DNA from: an uncultured Pseudomonadota bacterium
Lineage (GTDB): Bacteria; Oederibacteriota; Muellerivitia; Muellerivitales; Muellerivitaceae
Length of the DNA: 64,000 nt
Assembly (NCBI GenBank): GCA_963843375.1
Contig: CAWJKT010000003.1
Coordinates: 126,054 to 190,053, forward strand
Direction of reading: 5' to 3'
Shown here: positions 52,071-62,106 of the stretch, piece after piece
Numbering within the stretch: the stretch's first letter is position 1
How the letters are laid out: each line of letters opens with the position of its first letter
Program-made: the position numbers and the translations under genes
Notes under the pieces: generated by a model
Told to the model about the DNA's origin: nothing
The model's database searches: none
The model's input: only the letters and a program-made list of their open reading frames with translations

Positions 52071-54043
52071 ATGGCTAAGTCCGAAGCACCTCAGGCTCCA
52101 ACCGAGATCGCCCGGGTACTCGATTGGAAAGGGGCGGCCACCAACGCTATGGCGCTGATCGCGCCGGGCGCGTTTTTGTGGATCACCTATCAAGCACAAG
52201 TCGGTCTCACGGTCCCCAGCGGGGCCTCTTCCGCCAACGACATGTGGGCCGGGATTCTGGTGGCCTTGGGATTGGCCCTCTTGACGGCCCTCTCCTACGC
52301 CGAATTGGCCAAGATTTATCCGGAGGCGGGATTCGCCGGCTGCGTTTATTTCGCCGAGAAGGCCTTTATCGACGACCAGAAGCTCAAAAGGCCGGGACCC
52401 CAATCCATGGCCCGTATTGCCAAGCTGATCACCGGCTGGGCCGCTCATTTGTTCTACTGGGTTTATCCCGGCGTCATGGTGGCCTTCATGGGTACCTTGG
52501 CTTCTTACGTCTACGGGGCCATCACCGGGGGGACCATGACAATCATGTGGGAATTGGTGATTGCCTGGGTCTTCGCATTCGGCGTGGGATATATCGCCTA
52601 CAAGGGTGTGGCATGGTTCCACGGCGGCAAATATGTGGGGCAACATCATCCAATGGGTAACGCTGACGATCTTCAGCGTATTGGCTATCGCCTACCGGTG
52701 GATCAATCCGGATCACGCCACCAGTTGGGCCTTCAGCGGAGGGTTCGACATTGTGAAGTTTCACTCGGTAACAGGGGGTATTGGTGCAAGCGACCGTTGC
52801 CATCCTGATTCTCGTCGGATTCGAAAGCTGTACTTCCTTATCCGCCGAAACCAAGGAACCGGAGAAGAATATTCCGAAAGCCATCATTATCGCTTTGATC
52901 GTCCAGTGCGTATTCGCCTATATGTTCGAGTATTGGGCAGCCAACTACATGGTGAGTGAGAAGCTGACGGGGACCGTTCCAGTACCGGCTGTGGCCGCCG
53001 TTGCGGCCGTACCGGCAAGCGTGAGTGCCGCTGGAGTTACCACCGCCGCCGTCGCTGCGGTTGCCGCCGCGCCCGCGACCACCAAGATCGTCACGGGCTT
53101 TGATGCCATGGCCGCTTCCAGCGCTCCCATCGGGGATATGATGGTCCGCCTAGGAGACAGCTTTTTCGGGCATTTGGGTTTTATTATGATGATCATCATG
53201 GCGATCACGGTGGCTATCGCTGTCGTGGGAACCACCCTGGCCTGCTATAACACGGCTGTCCGCGTGACTGCCGGGATGGCCGAGGACCGGGAACTACCCG
53301 CCTTCCTGGGATTCATCCACTTGAAGAATAAATCGCCCCACACGGCGATCTGGCTTTTGGTTGCGGTTTCCTGCGTGATTGCCACCATCGGTTGCCAATC
53401 GGTGGACGGGTTGACCGGCATCACTCTGGCCTCCAACTTCGGGACCTTCGTTCTTTACGGCTCGGTCTGTATCTGGACCTTCATCGCCTACAAGAAACGC
53501 AAGGATTTCAACGCCTTCAAACACGCTTTAATCCCCTTGGGAGGGCTTATCCTGAACGTGCTGATGTGCTGGGGCGTCATCTACCTCTACACTATCGGAA
53601 ACGCGGACTCGCAGCTTGAGGCGAAGATCTTCTTCTATATCGCCGGCGGCTGGTTCCTGGTTTGGTTCCTCTACTTGTTCTTCACGTCCACGTTGAAATC
53701 GCATGGGATGAAGATGATCTCGGTGATCATCCGGCCGGATTCATTGGAAAACTTGGCGGATGCCTTGAATAAGGAAGAACTGGTCCAAGGGATGACGGTA
53801 TCCGAGGTGAAGGGCTTCGGCCGTACGAAAGGATCGAAGACCGACGACTCGCCCGCCAAAGTCAAGTTCCTGGACAAGGTCCGGGTGGATGTGGTGGTGA
53901 ACACATGGGATGTGCCCCATGTTATCGACGTCATGAAGGAGATCTTATACACCGGTAACAAGGGCGATGGAAAGATCTTCGTCCTTGAAACGACCGAGGC
54001 CGTCCGTGTCCGCACCGGTGAGACGGGTGTCGTAGCGGTTTAG
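52071..54043 (+). CDS. APC-family amino acid/amine permease fused to a C-terminal P-II (GlnB/GlnK-like) domain; frameshifts near 52610 and 52780
   Basis: SYAELA..YPEAG, GFESC..L..ETK.P.KNIPKA, R....MA.D..LP; in-frame MKMISVIIRP..GMTVSEVKGFGR..TG..GDGKIFV..VRVRTGE (53708-54043). Confidence 0.85.
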
Positions 54044-54070
54044 TTTTACTTCGCCAAAAGCCAAACCCTG

Positions 54071-54105
54071 AGCCCCTACGATCGATGATTGTGGGGGCTT
54101 TTTTT
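54071..54105 (+). terminator. Intrinsic terminator after the permease-PII gene
   Basis: AGCCCCTAC...GTGGGGGCT followed by T-run. Confidence 0.7.
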
Positions 54106-54130
54106 ATGCCCTCATTCAGGAGTTATTCCT

Positions 54131-54847
54131 TTGAAAGCACCTAAAGCTTTGATTCTTTGCATTGATGGCAATTCCTCCATCCACATTTTTCTAAGGACTA
54201 CCCTCGTTGCTAACGGTTACGCCTACCTGAAGGCTTCAACGGGAGAGGAGGGATTGATCACAGCCGTAATTCGTAATCCCGATTTGATTTTGTTGGAACT
54301 GGGGCTTCCCGACCTGGACGGCTTGGAAGTCATCTCCCGATTGCGGAAATCATGGAAAAAACCCATCATCGTCATTTCTGAACGCGACAGTGAAAAGGAT
54401 AAGGTTGCGGCCCTTGAAATGGGAGTTGATGACTACCTCACCAAACCTTTTAGCGCGCCTGAGCTCATGGCCCGCATCAGTGCGGCTTTAAGACGGACTC
54501 AAAGCGCTTCCGGCCCGGAGAAAGGTCAAATTTATAAATATGGGGATTTGAAGGTGGATCTGGCCCATCGCCGGGTTTGGCGCGGGAAAGAAGAGGTATA
54601 TTTGACCCGCCGGGAATACATCCTGTTCGCCACCCTTGTCCGGTATGCGGGTGAAGTGGTCACCCATCGAAATCTCCTGGCGGCGATTTGGGGAGAGGCT
54701 TTTGTCAATCAATCCCATAACCAGTCCGTGCGCATCAACTTGAGGGTGCTCATCAACCAATTGCGACAGAAGCTGGAAACAGACTCAGGCAAACCCCTCC
54801 ATTTCCAAAGCCATTACGGTGAGGGTTACCGGTTGCAGATCGATTAA
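54131..54847 (+). CDS. Orphan OmpR/KdpE-like response regulator with an atypical receiver
   Basis: PDLILLELGLPDLDG, DDYLTKPF, winged helix LT..EY..LRV.I.QLRQKLE..GYR; AGGAG RBS before TTG 54131. Confidence 0.88.
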   Translation: MKAPKALILCIDGNSSIHIFLRTTLVANGYAYLKASTGEEGLITAVIRNPDLILLELGLPDLDGLEVISRLRKSWKKPIIVISERDSEKDKVAALEMGVDDYLTKPFSAPELMARISAALRRTQSASGPEKGQIYKYGDLKVDLAHRRVWRGKEEVYLTRREYILFATLVRYAGEVVTHRNLLAAIWGEAFVNQSHNQSVRINLRVLINQLRQKLETDSGKPLHFQSHYGEGYRLQID

Positions 54848-55249
54848 GAACCTCCGATGCAAATTTAAAATAAATAAAATTTAATCACCAAGAACCAGGG
54901 ATACTAACAACTGCGGGAATAAAGATTTGATTTTCAGCTTTAATTAAACGGTTTTTTTAGTTTGTTTATTCAGTTCTTTAATCCGTTGCCATGCTGTTTA
55001 GTCCTCACTCGCCAAAACGCCAAAAAACGTTAAATGGCCCAGATATTTTTCTTCAAATAGTTCGATTTCTTAATAATTTCTTAACAAATAATGACTTTAT
55101 TGCCTAAATATCTTAAGTTTATTAACAAAAAATAATGTTACAAAATTGTATAATAACCATATAAACGTAACTAAAGACGTTATTGATTTATTTATTAGTT
55201 ATAAAAACGTTAGTTTTAGCCATTTTTAAGTTAGTTTTTTGTTAATAAA

Positions 55250-55265
55250 TGGCACAAGGTTTGCT
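55250..55265 (+). promoter_or_regulatory. sigma54 -24/-12 promoter of the porin gene
   Basis: TGGCAC-aaggt-TTGCT. Confidence 0.8.
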
Positions 55266-55361
55266 TTACATCCCCTATTGATTGTTCGGTTGCTGTTTTT
55301 GCGGAACCCCTTGTCCCTGACAAATGGTTCCGCCAACAGAAGTTAAAACTTTAAGGAGGAT

Positions 55362-56507
55362 GTGATGAGAAAGAAATTCAAGCTGTTCAGTTTCTTGGCC
55401 TCGTTCGCTTTAGCCGGTAGTGTCGCTCCGGTGATGGCGCAAACGGCGGCTGCTACACCGGCGGCAACGGCCGCGGCGGCAACGCCAACCGCAGTTCCGA
55501 CTCCGGTGGTGACGGTTGATGGGTTGGTGGATACGTACTTTTCTTACGATTTCAGCGATCCGAGTAAAGTACCAACAGCAGGAAATAATTCTTATTGGTA
55601 TAACAGCGCTTCTGATTCCTATACTTTAGGATTGGCCGAGGCGAAGATTACCGCCACACAAGGCGCGGCCAGCGGCCATTTGGTTTTGGCTTATGGCGAG
55701 GAAAATGGAGGGTTAGGAATTGGAACCGGTACTTCAGGATTTGATGTGCTTCAAGCCTATGTGTCCTACAATCCTGGACAATGGACCTTCAATTTCGGGA
55801 AATTCGTCACCTGGATGGGATATGAGGTGATTGAAAGTGTCGGCAATGCGAACTACAGCCATTCGCTGTTATTTAATGCCCTGCCATACTGGCATACGGG
55901 TGTCAGCGTAAATTACGCTCCCACCACGGTCTTCAACGCCACTTTTTATGCCACGGATGGAATCAATACCACTGCAGTTGGAGGAACCGGAGAGACACTT
56001 GGATTGGAAGCTGTCGTTGCGCCTAATGCCATGTGGTCCTTCACCGGAAACGGCCTTTTCGCCCCGATAGGTGGTAGCCAGGAAGCAGTTGTTGGCGAGG
56101 GGATCATTGTATACAAACCTTCGGCTTGGAGCTTTGCCTTGGACGGCGAGTTCGGAACTTCTGGCGTTGCTGCCGGAACGGCTCCCAGCTATTTTGGTGT
56201 CGCTTTGTACGGCAAATACCAAATTCAAAGCGATTGGGATGTAGCACTTCGTTTGGAATACATTAACGATAGTGCTGATGATTTGCTTGATCTTTATGGG
56301 AATAATCCTCTTTCTACTCCGGGTAAGGCTTTCACTGGCGACGAAGTTACTTTGACCATTGAGCATGACTTTATGCCTAACCTGATCGCCCGCTTGGAAG
56401 GCCGTGTGGATATGGCCAGCTACAACGGCGCTTCGGCTGATGTATTTGATGCTGACACTAGTTCCAGCCAGGCTACTGCTACTGGCAGCATGGCCTACAC
56501 GTTTTAA
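55362..56507 (+). CDS. Outer-membrane beta-barrel porin (BBP2/OmpL-like family)
   Basis: Signal peptide; G.VD.Y..Y, QAYV, GKFVTW.GYEVI, NYS.S.LF...P..HTG and R.E.R.D; terminal YTF. Confidence 0.82.
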   Translation: MMRKKFKLFSFLASFALAGSVAPVMAQTAAATPAATAAAATPTAVPTPVVTVDGLVDTYFSYDFSDPSKVPTAGNNSYWYNSASDSYTLGLAEAKITATQGAASGHLVLAYGEENGGLGIGTGTSGFDVLQAYVSYNPGQWTFNFGKFVTWMGYEVIESVGNANYSHSLLFNALPYWHTGVSVNYAPTTVFNATFYATDGINTTAVGGTGETLGLEAVVAPNAMWSFTGNGLFAPIGGSQEAVVGEGIIVYKPSAWSFALDGEFGTSGVAAGTAPSYFGVALYGKYQIQSDWDVALRLEYINDSADDLLDLYGNNPLSTPGKAFTGDEVTLTIEHDFMPNLIARLEGRVDMASYNGASADVFDADTSSSQATATGSMAYTF

Positions 56508-56618
56508 GGTTGGTTTGGGGGATCACCTTGCTCGGCTATGTGGCCAGGCAAGGAGTACGAGAGGGAAAATGATTTAGTAAAGAAGCCATAACTTCTCTCT
56601 CTCCTCCGGTTTGCAGCA

Positions 56619-56649
56619 GGGGGGCTGACCCGGCCAAGGTTAGCCCCCC
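56619..56649 (+). terminator. GC-rich hairpin after the porin gene; no U-tract, abuts the sequence junction
   Basis: GGGGGGCTGACC-cggccaa-GGTTAGCCCCCC. Confidence 0.5.
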
Positions 56650-56877
56650 AGGAACGGCTCGCGCCAGGTCCTTCATGAACGAGACGACGCCCTTGAGGAT
56701 GATCGGAATATTGGCAATCCCCCGGCTGCCGGCGGTCAGGGCGACGGTCTGCTTCGGCTTGATCGTCTTGTTGAGGCCCAATTTCATAAGGGCCTCGCCG
56801 CCACGGCCAACGGAATGTTGTTGAGCGCGTGGGCGGGGGAATTGTTGCTTCAAACGAACCATGTGAGGATAAGCCAT
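56648..56877 (-). pseudogene. 5' fragment of a LarA-N/DUF362-like protein, cut off at the junction
   Basis: M.R.KQ.FPRP..IKP..TVALTAGSRGIANI; similarity stops where P-F-L-V-P-A-M-G-S-H-G-G would be expected. Confidence 0.7.
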
Positions 56878-56894
56878 GAGAGTGTCCTTTTTTT

Positions 56895-57253
56895 TCAGCT
56901 AAGGCTAGTTGTTGTGGCACTTTCGGAAGGCGGTGGCGAGGACTGGCTATTCGGGGCGGGACCCCGCCCTCGACCATCTGAGGCGTGACGAATCGCGGCC
57001 CAATCGATGGCAGCTACCCAGCAGTGTTCTTCGTTGGAGTACGACACAATGCCGTCGACCAGCAATTCATCGAGGTGTGCCTTGTCATCAAGGTCCATCC
57101 GAGTACAAGGACAGCGACAAGCCCTCGCGCCAACTCGATGTGCTGCTGCCCAAATCTTCCATGGTGCCGACGCAATTCAAGCGGCAGACGGCCCTGAGAA
57201 TCAGCGTTGTGGAAGTCCGCGTATACTTTTTGCTTTACCATGCTGCCGCTCAC
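56895..57253 (-). CDS. Small conserved-looking hypothetical protein (frameshifted)
   Basis: VYADFHNADSQGRL in one frame continuing to ELLVDGIVSYSNEEHCWVAAIDW in another. Confidence 0.5.
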
Positions 57254-57357
57254 TTTCCATCATGTCTTTCTGGCAGGATTGGGAATGGTCGGCGTGAAAA
57301 GACGGCTTGCGTGATCGGGGCTCAGACTAATACGACTTTAAACAAGCGAAGTCCACG

Positions 57358-57557
57358 GTTGCCCCGTTAGGGGCATTTGATGGTAGCCCAGCGATTTATC
57401 GCTGGGGTTGGGGCCGCAGCGAGATCCCAGTCGCGTAGCGACGGCCGATTCCGAGTGCCACGGCTCAAGCGTCGCTACGCGACGCCCTTGGACCGGCATG
57501 CCTTTGTCCCCAGCGATAAATCGCTGGGCTACCATCAAATGCCCCTAACGGGGCAAC
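57358..57557. repeat. Nested inverted repeat (REP/REPIN- or MITE-like)
   Basis: Perfect 50-bp arms 57358-57407 and 57508-57557; inner 14-bp arms 57430-57443 and 57470-57483. Confidence 0.9.
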
Positions 57558-57579
57558 AAACCTCGCTTGTTTTAGGACG

Positions 57580-57900
57580 AGTAGAGTAGCGTGATGAGGA
57601 CTCGCGTCCAGAGGTTCTGACCACATCCCCCACCCGCCGCTCTGAATTACCCCAACAGTGGTCACACCAATGTAACTGTGGGGAATGGATGCGGCCAAAT
57701 CTTCCACAGATACTCCCTCCGTACATTCCACCGATGCTCCCGTTATGCCGCTGGGATGGGTTTGCGTTCCGGCGCCGCAAGTCCGCTGGGAGGTTTGCGC
57801 CCACCTCGGACAACCACGGCTTCATCCGGAATCCGGTCGACCGCTCCGCTCCTTTAGACATCTTATCCGATGTTGTTTTGTCGAAGTTCGACGTGACGTC
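57580..57900 (-). CDS. Hypothetical protein (frameshifted; boundaries approximate)
   Basis: VEDLAASIPHSYIGVTTVG, GDVVRTSGR and SPHHATL pieces lie in different frames. Confidence 0.35.
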
Positions 57901-58439
57901 AGGGAGCGGCGAGCCGCGTCGCCGGATCCGACGCCCCCTCACCGGAAAACGCGTCGGCGAAGAGCTTGGTGAAGCTGTTGACGAGCGTCAGATTTCGGGT
58001 CCCCCTCTTCGATGAGGACTTTCTCGCACACTGTCAAACCGAGGGCGATGGGGTGCGGGACCATTAATCTGGATGCCCTGAAAGGGAAACTGCACGCCAG
58101 CAACACCGCCGCCCGCCGCTGATAAACCGCGATTAGTCACACTGCTAACGACATTGCGTGTATTTCGCCTATTTTGCAAACAACCGTTTGAACGGTTCCC
58201 GCAAAAAAGCACCCGTCTTGTATGCCCAGTTGCGGTGAACGGAGCGTCGATTTGGCGGCAACTGACGGCTCCGGATAACGGCGGTCCAACTTTCAGAGGA
58301 CTTCACCAAAAGCCATAAATAATCCCCTGGCGTAATCGTCTCTGACCCGCTAGCTTCTCCAGAGTTTCCAGCAGCTGGCCTTCAGGGAAAGGACCCATGT
58401 CCACCTCAACCTTCGACTCTCCCATTCCTTTCATGAACA

Positions 58440-58660
58440 TCAGGGTCCGCTGCGATATAACCGACAGGGGCACAGACCTTCCCTTCGTCGCAGATAGTCA
58501 ACACGTTCTTGGTTGAGGGCCTTATCAAACCACAGCAAATGACCGCAATTAGGGCACGGTGCATCATGTGTGTCGATCGATGGTTCCAGGCGGAAGTCAT
58601 GGCCGCAAAAAACACAACGATTCGGCGTTCCCTCGGGTGTGCGCAAGAGATTGTCATTGA
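58440..58660 (-). CDS. Small zinc-ribbon protein of a type typical of Planctomycetes
   Basis: RTPEG.PNRCVFCG...EPS....DAPCPNCGHLLWF; N-terminus frameshifted. Confidence 0.6.
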
Positions 58661-58789
58661 TGCCCTCCGCGGCAGAACACAGATTTGCGAACCCCCCGGT
58701 GCAGTGTCAAAACCCAAAGCTCGAGATGGGACGTTCAGGCGGTTGCGGGTTCTCCGGGGTTTCGGAGTACCTCAACCCCGGCCACGACT

Positions 58790-60194
58790 CCCAAATCACG
58801 CAAACAACTGCCGGATCGGCTCCGCTTCGACCAAGCCGCACCGGCCGTCCGCCGGGGCCGGGCATCATGGTCGTGATCGAGGTCGATGCCCATGCCGTGG
58901 TAGATCGACGCCAGCACCTGCGGCGGCTCGATGGGGTTGTCGATCGGGGCGCGAGCCGATGCGGTCGGTCGAGCCGATGACCTGGCCGCCGCGGATGTTG
59001 CCGCCGCACAGGAAATTGGTCCACGCCGCCGGGATAATGATCGCGGCCGCCGCGGCCGTTCAGCCGCGGCGTGCGGCCGAACTCGCTCAGCACGGCGACC
59101 ACCGTTTCCTGCAGCAAGCCGCGTTGCTCCAGATCGTCGATCAGGGCGGTGAAGGCCAGGTCGAACTGCGGGCACAGATGGCGTTCGTAATCGAGGTAGG
59201 TGTTGTTCAGGCCGCCGCCGTCGGCGTGCATGTCCCAGCAGGTCTGGCCGAAGACCGTGTCGAAGTGGTTGACCGTGACGTAGCGGACGCCGCCTTCGAT
59301 CAGCCGGCGGGCCATCAGGCAGCTTTGGCCGAACGTGTTGCGGCCATAGCGGTCGCGGAGCCGGTCGTCTTCCGTGATCGAGGTCGAACGCTTCCTTGGC
59401 CCGCTGCGAGGTGAGCAGGCGGAAGGCGCGGTCGTAGGAGCTGTCGTGCATCTGCGTGCGTGCTGCGTTTCGGTGCGGCGCTGCAGTTCGTCGAGCTGGT
59501 CCAGCAGATCGCCGGCGGGCGTCGAGGCGGGCGGCCGACGATGCCGGCGGGGACTTCCAGATCGGCGACGCGGAAGTCGGCGGCGGGCCGGGTCGGCGTT
59601 CAGGAAGAACGGCTCGTGGGCGCTGCCGAGGTAGCCCGGCCGTCTGGCCGTGCAGAGGGCCGGCGCCGGTGTTGCCGATCGGGCCGGGCAGGATGACGTT
59701 GGCGGGCAGTTCGCTCTTCTGGCCGAACACGCGCGAGATCACGCTGCCGGCAGTGCGGCTTGATGCTGTCGGCGTTGAAATCGTGGCCGGTCATCATCCA
59801 GCGCTGGCCGTTTTCGTGCGTCGCGCCGGTGCGATGGTGCAGGCTGCGGATCAGCGAAATCTTGTCCATCCGCCGGGCCATCAGCGGGAAGTGCTCGCAG
59901 ATCTGGATGCCGTTGACGTTGGTCTGCGATCGGCTTGAACTTGCCGCGCACTTCGGCCGGGGCGTCGGGCTTCATGTCCCAGGTATCGAGATGGCCGGGC
60001 GAGCCGACCAGGAAAATGGTGATGCAGTTGCTTGATGCGGGCCCGCGATTCGATCGACGGCGCCGGTCGCTTCCAGACGCATCAGATTCGGCAGGGCCAG
60101 CCCGGCCATGCCCGCGGCGCCGCCGTGCAGGAAGCTGCGCCGCGAGGCCGTGACCAGCGCAAAGCGGAAGTTTCTCGTTGCCGATATTCAGCAT
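58790..60194 (-). CDS. DUF1501 domain protein (multiple frameshifts; 3' end approximate)
   Basis: [41 protein letters not shown] and [17 protein letters not shown]. Confidence 0.88.
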
Positions 60195-60265
60195 GAGCGC
60201 AACTCCTTAATTTTCGGCGGGTGTGTGCGGTAGGTGAGCATCGTGTGCAGTGTTCAGTTCTCAAA

Positions 60266-60604
60266 TCAGCTTGAATCGCTGCAAACTGACACTGAAAACT
60301 CAGATCGTAGGTCACGTGGTTGGAAACATCGATGAAACGGCTGTTGACGAATTCGCCCGGCGGGATTCTTGGGGTAATCGACGTAATTCCACATTTGCAG
60401 CACGACTTCGTAGTTGCCCGGCGTGGCATCGGGATGTTCGTAGGCATGGTCGGCGCGGGCGTTCGCCGTGGCGACCACCTGGCCGTTGCGGCGGATTTCC
60501 CACTGCAGCGCAGGCCCCAGTCGTTGGTCACCTCGCTGCGCGTCACCCGGCGGCCTTGCAAGGTTCAGCACGGCGCTCGGCGTTCCCTCGAATCGTTGTT
60601 CCAT
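60266..60604 (-). CDS. Hypothetical protein (frameshifted)
   Basis: WEIRRNGQVV..YEHPDATPGNYEVVLQMW; no family recognised. Confidence 0.4.
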   Translation of the reverse strand: MEQRFEGTPSAVLNLARPPGDAQRGDQRLGPALQWEIRRNGQVVATANARADHAYEHPDATPGNYEVVLQMWNYVDYPKNPAGRIRQQPFHRCFQPRDLRSEFSVSVCSDSS

Positions 60605-60836
60605 GGCAATCCCCCCTTAACAAGCGGCATTATTCACAAACCATTCCACCAATGTAACATTTGTGAGAATTTACTCAAGAAGATTCTACACAATTTTTCG
60701 AATTCGAAAATCCCGAATCGTCTCCCTACAATATCCCGGCTGCTTGAGTGCCGCCTATTCGGAGCGCATTCCCGAAGCGCCGGCGGGCGGAACTCCAGCA
60801 CTGATGAAAACCTGTCACTCTTTATGAGGCATTTCC

Positions 60837-61954
60837 ATGGCGGAACATCGCAAATTTTCCAGCGTGGCCCGGCTGCTCGGCCTGAATCTGACTCCGGGCA
60901 AGTTGCGCGGCTTGCAAAAGATCAGCAATCCCAACGGCACCTTGACCATGGTGGCCCTGGATCAGAACAGCTCCATGATTTCCATGATCAAGGACAGCCT
61001 GAAGAAGAAGGGCGAAGAACCGCGAGCCGACCTTCGATGAACTCGTCGAGGCCAAGGTCGCACCTGGCCCGCGCGCTGAGCCCGGCCGCCAGCGCCGTGC
61101 TGGTCGATGCCTATTACGGGGCCTGGAACACGCGTGGCCAGCTTCGCCTTGCCGCGCGATGTCGGCCTGCTGGTGCGCGTCGAGAAATCGGGCGGGGCCA
61201 AGAACTCCGCGGTGCTCCGATGGGCGAGATCGAGCCGGGCTGGAGCGTCGGCAAGATCAAGCGCATGGGGGCCGACGCCGTCAAGCTGCTGGCCCAGTTC
61301 GAGCCGACCGAGCCGGCCAGTGCCGAGCATCAGTTCGCCTTGATCCGCAAGGTCTACGAGGAGTGCCAGAAGCACGACATCCTGATGCTGCTCGAAACCG
61401 TGGCGTTTCCCATTCGACGGCGAGAAGAAGGACAGCAAGAGCCTGCTGGACCGCAAGGCCGAGACCGTGCTCGAAAGCGCCCGCTGGCTCAGCCGTTGGT
61501 GCGACGTCTACAAGGCTGAGTTTCCCGGCAACTTCGGCCATGAAAGCGACAGCCAGCTGCAGGAAAACCTGGTCAAGCTGAATGCAGCTATCGGAACGGC
61601 CCTGGGTGCTGCTCAGCGCCGGCGTCGATTTTCCGCAGTACAAGAAGCAGGTGGAAATGGCGATGAAGGCCGGGGCCAACGGCATTCTCGGCGGCCGGGC
61701 GTTCTGGAAGGAGTATTTCTTGCAGGAAGGCTTCGCAGGCCCGCGATCAATTTGCCCGCGGCGAATGCGTCAGCCGCGATCCGCCAGGTGGACGAAATCG
61801 TCAAGGCCAAGGGAACGCCGTGGTTCGCCCGCTACGGCTTGACGATGGAAGACCTGCACGGCTTCCGGGCCACGGAAAACTGGCACTTCCGCTACGGCGG
61901 CGACACGCAATCCAGCGGCGGCGGCACACGGCCGTCGAAGGGGATGTGTATTGA
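60837..61954 (+). CDS. Tagatose-1,6-bisphosphate aldolase (LacD-type class I aldolase); multiple frameshifts
   Basis: TPGKLRGLQ..MVALDQ, LSPAASAVLVD, WSVGKIKRMGADAVKLL, DVYKAEFP, PWVLLSAGV and G.LGGRA.W. Confidence 0.85.
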
Positions 61955-62106
61955 CATACCAAGCCGGTCCGAAGCGGTCGGGTATATGCGGCGTTTACGC
62001 GGTTGACGGCCAGCAAACCTGTCTTGATCTAAACCCCGGCAACACACTATCCTATAGCGATCGCGTATTGCCCACCGAATGGATCGGTAATCGAAAGGTG
62101 CGACGC

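Noticed and set aside
54131..54847. Calling the regulator kdpE
   Set aside because: No kdpD or kdpABC nearby, and the phospho-acceptor Asp is replaced.
58509..61519. Long alternative ORFs 58509..59414 and the 5' part of 60320..61519
   Set aside because: GC-rich shadow or frameshift-joined frames overlapping DUF1501 and the aldolase.
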